Assembly (NCBI RefSeq): GCF_000281045.1
Contig: NW_008246097.1
Span: forward strand, 172,530-236,529
DNA length: 64,000 nt
DNA from: Saprolegnia diclina VS20
Lineage: Eukaryota
Reading direction: 5' to 3'
Part shown: one piece after another, positions 56,922-64,000 of the stretch
Numbering within the stretch: the first letter of the stretch is position 1
Layout: each line of letters starts with the position of its first letter
Made by a program: the position numbers and the translations under genes
The notes under the pieces: model-generated
Database searches by the model: none
Seen by the model: only the letters and a program-made list of their open reading frames with translations
Told to the model about the DNA's origin: nothing

Positions 56922-59481
56922 CTAGACGAGCGTGTACTGGCCGTAGAGGATGTCGCGGATGCGGTAGTAGCTGGCGCTCAGCGTGCCTTCGACCATGATC
57001 TCGTTGTTGCGCGCGCGCTTGAGCACGACGCCGTCGTCGCAGACGAGCATGCCGCCGGAAAAGTTGGCCTTGAAACCCGCTTTTGCGAGGAGTTGCTTCA
57101 TCGAGTCGAGCGTGATCTTGCCCTGCGAGAGGCGCATGGGCTCGTGCGGCGCGTCGACATCGGCCTTGTCGAGGACGCACGTCGTGCCTTGAAACTCGAG
57201 GTGCCCGTGGATGTACGCCACGTCGTGAACGCCCACCTACATCGATCCCCCCATGTCTCCACCTGCCTCCTTGCGACGTGTTCATACCTTTTGAAAGTGG
57301 GCCGACGTGTACAAGGCTTCTTTGAGCGAGACCTTGCAGACGGTCGTGTCCGACTCGATGTCGACGCACTCGTTGGGCTGCGGGCAAAACACCGCTTCGC
57401 ACGCGTCAATCGAGCTGTCGACGTACGTCTTGAGCTCGTCCGAGGTCTCGGGCGTGCCGTGGACCAAGATGAGCTTGCGCGGCTTGACCTTATCGAGGCA
57501 GTTCTTGATCGCGCGCCCGTCCGCGAGGCCGTCAAAGTCGACAAAGCTCACGGCCGCGTGCACCTCGACGGTCGCGCTTGAAAACACTGTCTTCATCGGA
57601 CGGTTCTCGCCGCTCTCGGCGTCGTCGTCGTCGCCCATGTTGACATCCGCCGTCGCGCCGTCCTCGGCCGAGCTCGTCGTCTTGCGCTTCCGGCTCTTGG
57701 CCGTTTGTGTCAAGTCCTTGAACGCTTCAGGCTGGATCGCCTGCGTCACCGATGCGTCAGAGACGAAGAAGAGACAAAGAGGCAGCACCTCGCCGTACTC
57801 GTCCCACTCGGACTTGGTCTCGATCGCAAAGAACATGGGGTACCGCGCCGTGGCAAACTGTCCAAAGCCGACCTTGAACGACCCGCGCATCTGCGCCGAC
57901 GCTACGGTTTCCATGAGTTTTCAGTCGTCACTTGGCTCTTGACACTACGCTTCTCAATCGGCGCGACGGTCTTGAGCTTGTCCGAGGCCATGTCGGCGTC
58001 GTCGTCGTCCTCCGACTCGTACTCGGCAATGCCCATCATCATGTCTTCCATCGCAGCTTCCTCGATCTCCTTGGCCTTGAGCTCGGCCTCGTTCTGGATG
58101 CGCCGCCGCTCCTTGGCTTCGTGCGCCGCGAGCTCGGCGCCTTCAAGCGGCACGTTGCGCGACTGCTTGACGACGACCGACGCGTTGTGCTGCACTTGGG
58201 CCGCGAGGGACGACGCGGGCGGCGTCGTCACAAACAAGATGCGGTTGGTGGGGTGCGGCGCCATCTGCACGAAGAGGTCTTTCGCAAAGCCCTGCGTCAT
58301 GGACGGTGACGTGGCCAGAATGACCTTGGGACTCGGCAGCTTGTCGAGCTCCTCGAGGCTGTGAATGACGTTGACGTGTCTAGGGTTGTTGTAGTTGGAG
58401 CAAAAAGCAAGTTGATACGCAAGAGGAAGCAGTTGCTTACGTAAACTGGAACGGGTTGGGCTTGCCAATGTCAAAGTTCTTGGAGATGCGCTCGCTGCAC
58501 CACTCGAGCATGGCCTGGGCCGCCTTGGGCGCGTAGTAGCTCATCGTGTGGAGAAGCGCGATCGGGTACTTGAGCCTATGCACGCGTCAATACGAGGGAA
58601 GGGATGCCGGTACACAGACTTGAGCTTGATCCAGTACTGGTCGAGCACGTGCAGCACCTCGAGGACGCGCCCGGCGCTGTCGCACGGAATGAGCACGTCG
58701 CCGCCGCGTCGGAGGGTGTTGACCACGTCGTCTCGCAAGCGTTCGTCGCGGTCCTTCATCTTGGGCTGCTCCTTGTGCAGGTGCATCGAGTCTGTGATGA
58801 GGAGCGTCGGGCGCCTACGCCATGCCGAGATAAGAGATGCCATATAGCGCCAAGGTACGAGATCGATTCGAGGAACGTCTTGCTCAAGACATGGTCGGCG
58901 CGGTGGTTGTAGTCGACTGCGTAGATGATTTCGTCCTAGAATGGCTATGTCAGCGTGCACGAGGCGAACGCGATCTGTACGGTCTCCTTGACGATGCTCC
59001 AGATGGACCCGCCAATGAGGTGTCCTGCAGCGTGCGGTGTGATGTAGATGCCTTCGCCTTGCCCGGACAGCCGCAGCTTCTGCGAGTACTTGAGCTGGAT
59101 AAACGTCTCGAGCACATGGTCCACGTCGTCGAGCGAGAAGAGGTTGAAGGCCAGATCGTCCTTTGTGCGCGCCTGAAAGGCTTCGTAGAGCACGATCTCG
59201 CCCATGCGATACACGGGCAGCGTCGCGTACACTGGCGCCTTGAGGCCAAGCGTGCCCATGGCGTAGGGCAGCGCGCCCATGTGGGCGAGGTCCGGGTGCG
59301 AGATCAAGACCAAGTCGATCTTGTCGATGACGCGCGCCAAGGGCTCGAGGAGGCCGACGTCAAAGTCATCGGTCCAGCCACAGTCGAGGAGGATGCAGAT
59401 GTCGTCGACCTCGAGGAGGTAGCAGCAGCTCGGCTCTGCCGACTGGACCCCGTACAAGGGCGTGAACGTGATCACGACCAT
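56922..59481 (-). CDS. CPSF2: Cleavage and polyadenylation specificity factor subunit 2 (CPSF100), multi-exon
   Basis: CYLLEVDDICILLDCGW, LISHPDLAHMGALPY, AGHLIGGSIW, RPTLLITD, YPMF..WDEYGE, DFDGLADG, PRKLILVHG, YYRIRDILYGQY. Confidence 0.95.
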
Positions 59482-59820
59482 CGTCCTGTTTGCCACAGAA
59501 ACCTACGACCCGTATAATCTTTCTCCTAAGCGACACAGCGATTCCGGATATACCGTCATTATCCGGATATGACCATACGGCCTTTCCGGTTTCTGTTGGC
59601 CATCCCGCGGTGCCAGAGCGCTGCATGCTGCGCGTCATCTAAGCCTCGTGCATGCTGCAGTAGCGAGGGCTTCTCACGCGCTTTGTATGATGCTACTGCG
59701 CTGGCGGCCACACCTCGCATGCACTTGGCTGCAGGAGACGACGCCTCAACGCGGTATAGCGTCGTCGAGGTACATTGGTACGAAGGTAGGCCACGCAATA
59801 GGATGGATTCGGCGACACGC

Positions 59821-61403
59821 TTACGCAGACGACGAGAGCACGTGGGGGTACTTGCTCTGGATGTTTTCGGCACACGCGTTGACGTTGAGGCAGATCGAGT
59901 TGATGCGGTCGTCCCAGGCTTGGAGCACCTCGCCGTCTACATCGTCCGGTCCATCAGCTGCGTCCTATGGTCGTACTACCTTGTTCAAACTCGAGGAGGC
60001 CGTTGACCTGGTCGATTGAGCCCTTCATGCGGTCTTCGCTAATCATAATGGCGGCCACCTAGTGCACGGTGGCACCCCATCGTCATATCGGAAGAATGAT
60101 ACCTTCTCTGCCTTCTTGGCGTCGACCCCGAGGAGCGTGCCGAGCTCGTCAAAGTACATGCTCGTGTAGATGCGCGAGACAGCGAGCATGTTGTGCTCCA
60201 AGAACGCTTGCTCGACGACCGTGAAGCCATTGGCGAGCTTGGCCTTTTGGTGCGGGAGCAAGCCCTCTTCGAACGCGGCAATGTCGGACCGGCGCAGACG
60301 CTGCTCCAAGTAGAGCTTCTCAAGAATACCCGCGTGCTCCATCGACTTGATGCGCTCATCCTGCATGGGCCATGACGACTTTGCACGCAGCCGTTTCAGA
60401 TGTACCTTGTAGAGCGTGGCGAGGAGGCGCGAGCGCTGGGGCCCCGCGGCCGCGAGAATCGCGCACGTCGTCGCTTTCCCGAGGAGCTGGAGGAGGTCGT
60501 CCGGGTCGACTTCCTATAGGATTACTATGGTGAAAAAGAGAGGAAGGGCCGTCGTACATCGGGCTTGGACTGGGAAAACTCGTAGTAGCGCAAAGCGGCG
60601 TCGAGGAACTTGCGCTTCGAGTCGAGGATGCGCGCGTACGACACTTGGTAGCGGATCTTGAGCGCCCAGTTGGAGGCGTCGACAGCGTGAATGACCCGGG
60701 ACGCGCGGTTGATAAAGTTCTCGGCGTCGACCGTCTCGTCCTCCTGGAGGTAGAGCTCGGCGATCTTGACGTACTTTTCGGCCTTCTCGTCGTCCGAGTA
60801 CTGCCGCGCCGAGCTCTCGAGGTTGATGGCTGCAAGCGTCTTGGCCGCCTCAATGTACTCTTCTTCCTCCATGAAGAGGTCGCAGAGTTGCTCGCGAAGG
60901 ACCACGTCCGTCTCCTCGAACGAGAGGATCCGCGGCTTGATCTGCTGCAGCGCAAAGACGAGCAGGTCCTTCTTCCACGCATGGACTTCCGTGTCGATGC
61001 GCCCGACCGCTTGGGCGAATTGGCTCAGCACCTACATACATACCCACGGTCACGATGTGGCGGCGACGAACGCAGCGCACCGTTCGCGCGACCACGAGCT
61101 GGACGTCGTCGGTCAAGACTAGAGACAGTGATTATGATGGGATCCCATATCAGCAGCATTAGGCAACGCTACCATGCTCCAGAAGGGACTTGAGCGCAGC
61201 CTCGTTCAGAGCCGACGCATCGATGTAGTCCTGCCATGCGTCTTCGTCGCCGAGGATACCTTGCATGCAGAAGGAGGTACCTTGTACGCGGCCAGCTTCT
61301 CCTTCTGGTCCACGATCTTGGCGATCTACCTCGCATGGCTATGACCATCTTTGTCAGCAGAAGAGCATGCATCTACCTGGGTCAACTTCGCGATGGAGCT
61401 CAT
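59821..61403 (-). CDS. COPS4: COP9 signalosome subunit 4 (many short exons)
   Basis: IKPRILSFEE, KIAELYLQEDE, YARILDSKRKFLDAA, AGPQRSRLLATLYK|DER, FLEHNMLAVSRIYTSM, GSIDQV. Confidence 0.93.
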
Positions 61404-62593
61404 GCTGCAAGGACTGTCGTCGGGGCGATGTCTCTCCTCACAAATTGCGCCGGGGAATGTCCGGATACGACATATCCGGAAACGCACCTTCCTCATGACA
61501 GGCTTCTTGCGGCAAAGATCGCAACCATCACATGTACCCGTCGCTACTTCAGCCCTTCCGTTCGCCGATAATGGCGAGTCTAGACGTTATACTCCATTGT
61601 TCATTGTTATAATGCGGGTTATACAGCAACATCCTGGGCAACGTTTGCCATAACGTGACGTCAGATCCGACGGGAGCGGCCGTCGGAGCTCCTCGTATTC
61701 GAACGCCAGCACGCCGGCTCATTTTCAAACGTCTTTGACTCGTCACGGTACCCTCCTCCTGATAACACTGCGCCCGGTGTCGTTAGCCTCCATGAACCAC
61801 TGTCATTAGGTTGCCACGCTCGTCGTTCCATCAGGAGTCCATGCATGCATGGGATGCGAGGACGAGGTAGAACATGCGCCAAAGACCAAGATGCGAGGTG
61901 CTGGGCGAGCGATGCGCGGAAATCACAAGCGCCCGCATGGCCATGTCGGTTGCAACTGCGTCTCGACAGAGGTACAGCCAAGCCAACACACTCGTTGCTC
62001 TATCGCAGGAGGTCGGGCAGAACCTTGCGCGCCTTGTCTTTGCCGCTTGGTGGCTGCGTCCTCCAGTTTCTGGTGCTCACACGAGCATTTCTTGCTGCCT
62101 CTTACGATTCTCGCCTTGGCGAGTTCATGACCAAGGTGCGGAATTGGCGCCATATTTCAACCCGTAGACAATCCACCGTCATCCGACCTTGTAAGTTTGG
62201 CTGTGTGATTTAGCTCCCGCACAGCTCTCGCGCACCATCATGCAGCACGAATGCCATAGCAAGATTCGCTGCCCGTGTCCGGGTTGTCGCTCCGGCAACA
62301 TGGCGGGTGCGGTGTGTAACCCCGTTCCAGCTTGAACCAACCAAGTGTATTCGATTGTAGAGTTTTCAAAGCATGCGATCTGAGAGGTCGGGCCATTCGA
62401 ACGCATTATAATGCGTGTTGGCGCTGAAAATCATTTAAATTCGGACGGCCCGGTATAAAACCGGGTGTAGTTCTATCGGGTTTCGAATGGCCGCAATTGA
62501 AACGCGGCGCGGGAGATCGCATAAGGCGCCGGAACCAACGAAAAATCCAACCGCAGGTCAGCTCGGTCCACCAAGATCATTTTCACATTCACG

Positions 62594-63136
62594 ATGGCCA
62601 AGAAGACCGATTCCAAGACGACGAAGCGCACGGGCGACGACGCTGCCAAGAAGGTGGCCAAGAAGCAGAAGGTCGAATCGTCCGAGTCGGGCTCCGACTC
62701 GGAGGAAGAGGCTGAGGAAGAGGCCGAGGAAGAGGTCGCTGCCGAGGAAGAGGAGCAGGTCGAAGAAGAAGAAGCCGAGGAAGCCGACGAGGCCGGCGAC
62801 GAGAACATCGAGTGCAAGGACTGCGGCAACACGTTCGTCTTCACGGCCGGCGAGAAGGCCTTCTACCTCGAGAAGGGCTTTGACAACAAGCCGGTCCGCT
62901 GCAAGGACTGCAAGAACGCCAAGAAGGAGCGCATGAACGGCGGTGCCGCTGGCGGCCGTGGCGGTCGTGGCGCTGGCCGTGGCTTCGGCGGCCGTGGTGG
63001 CCGTGATGGCGGCCGTGGCCGTGGTGGCCGTGGTGGCCGTGACGGTGCTGGCCGTGGCGGTGGCGGTGTGTGCTACGCCTTCCAGAAGGGCGAGTGCAAC
63101 CGCGGCGCTGGCTGCCGGTTCAGCCACTCGGGTTAA
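62594..63136 (+). CDS. Small nucleic-acid-binding protein: basic/acidic tract + zf-trcl-like zinc ribbon + RGG box + CCCH finger
   Basis: IECKDCGNTFVFTAGEKAFYLEKGFDNKPVRCKDC, GGRGGRG repeats, CYAFQKGECNRGAGCRFSH; Inr-like TCATTTTCACATT upstream. Confidence 0.85.
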   Translation: MAKKTDSKTTKRTGDDAAKKVAKKQKVESSESGSDSEEEAEEEAEEEVAAEEEEQVEEEEAEEADEAGDENIECKDCGNTFVFTAGEKAFYLEKGFDNKPVRCKDCKNAKKERMNGGAAGGRGGRGAGRGFGGRGGRDGGRGRGGRGGRDGAGRGGGGVCYAFQKGECNRGAGCRFSHSG

Positions 63137-63722
63137 AACACCAACCTCGACGACCTGTATATCAGTGCTATTATTATAATACTACTAGGAAATAAGAACA
63201 CCTCATGCATCATCATCTTCTCTTCCACATTGCGCTCTGCTCCAGGATCCATGCGTGTCAACAGACTCGATCGGCGACGCCCAAAGATCGCATTCCAGTC
63301 ACACAATCGCGGTTCATCCTGCATTGGCGGTATACGAGACTCGGGGATTTTGAGCCAATCTTGCTCGATTCCGACAAGAGCCAATCAAAGGAGATCCAAC
63401 GTCTTATCTCGAACGGGAGAGCCAAGCTTATTCTAACACCAATGCGAAGAGTCAATGTCATCCTCGCCATTAGACGCGCTACGATTCGCATGGTTGACCG
63501 CAACGTAGTGGCGCAGCGAAGTCGATGCGAATCACAGTGTCGTCGCGGCCATAGAGTGGGTACGGCATCGTCGTGACCGAGAGGAAAGCCCTGGTCGGCC
63601 ACCTTGGCGCTAATCGTGACCTTTTCCGGCTTTCGGCCGCACCAGCACAAACGCGTAGCGCGGTCCACATATCTTGAGGCCTATCGCCACTTGCACCGAC
63701 GTATCTGGATGCATCCAGCGCT

Positions 63723-64000
63723 CTAGCTTGGCGCGCAAATCGCGCAGGCTTTCGTTCTTGCACGCGACTTCAAGCACGAAAGAAACGGATAGTCAAAGCC
63801 TCGGTTCCGCGTCGCTTCGGTAATATTGTTGGCCAGCGTCATTGGTGTCAAGCCCTCCGTGGGTACGGCCAAGCGGTCGTCGAGCTGTAACAACGAGTTG
63901 TCGCACTTGAGGAGCTCCAAGTTGGCCAGCGGTTGCCCGCCCGCCAAGTCCTGGAGCTGCCGCTCAAGCATCGCCACGATCGTGCGCGTATGCTCGTGCA
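63723..64000 (-). CDS. 3' part of an unidentified gene running off the window end
   Basis: Open frame with GC3-biased codons extends to the window edge; no family recognised and the true stop is uncertain. Confidence 0.35.
   Translation of the reverse strand, partial: HEHTRTIVAMLERQLQDLAGGQPLANLELLKCDNSLLQLDDRLAVPTEGLTPMTLANNITEATRNRGFDYPFLSCLKSRARTKACAICAPS

Overview
This is GC-rich, gene-dense eukaryotic DNA with very short spliceosomal introns (about 42-55 nt). Gene content, intron size and Inr/FPR-like core promoters point to an oomycete, probably Saprolegniales (inference). About 28 protein-coding loci are supported. Housekeeping genes include INTS3, ARL1, PP1 inhibitor-3, CFAP20DC, PPAT/purF, CSE1, RPL7A, CPSF2 and CSN4. 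Signalling genes include a kinase with three cNMP-binding domains, an atypical MAPK, two Myb paralogues and four intronless 7TM-TKL kinase-DEP genes. The stand-out feature is a gene at 25727-28224 (-). It fuses a pore-less voltage-sensor domain (S1-S4) through a PDE4-UCR/PDE8-like helical linker to an intact class I cyclic-nucleotide phosphodiesterase, making it a candidate voltage-sensing PDE. Also notable are an intronless bacterial Agt-like GT4 glycosyltransferase (HGT candidate) and a long, highly structured RPL7A intron. There is one assembly gap (33278-33421). No rRNA, tRNA, CRISPR array or intact mobile element was recognised. All family calls are by eye from motifs, and exon boundaries are manual predictions.
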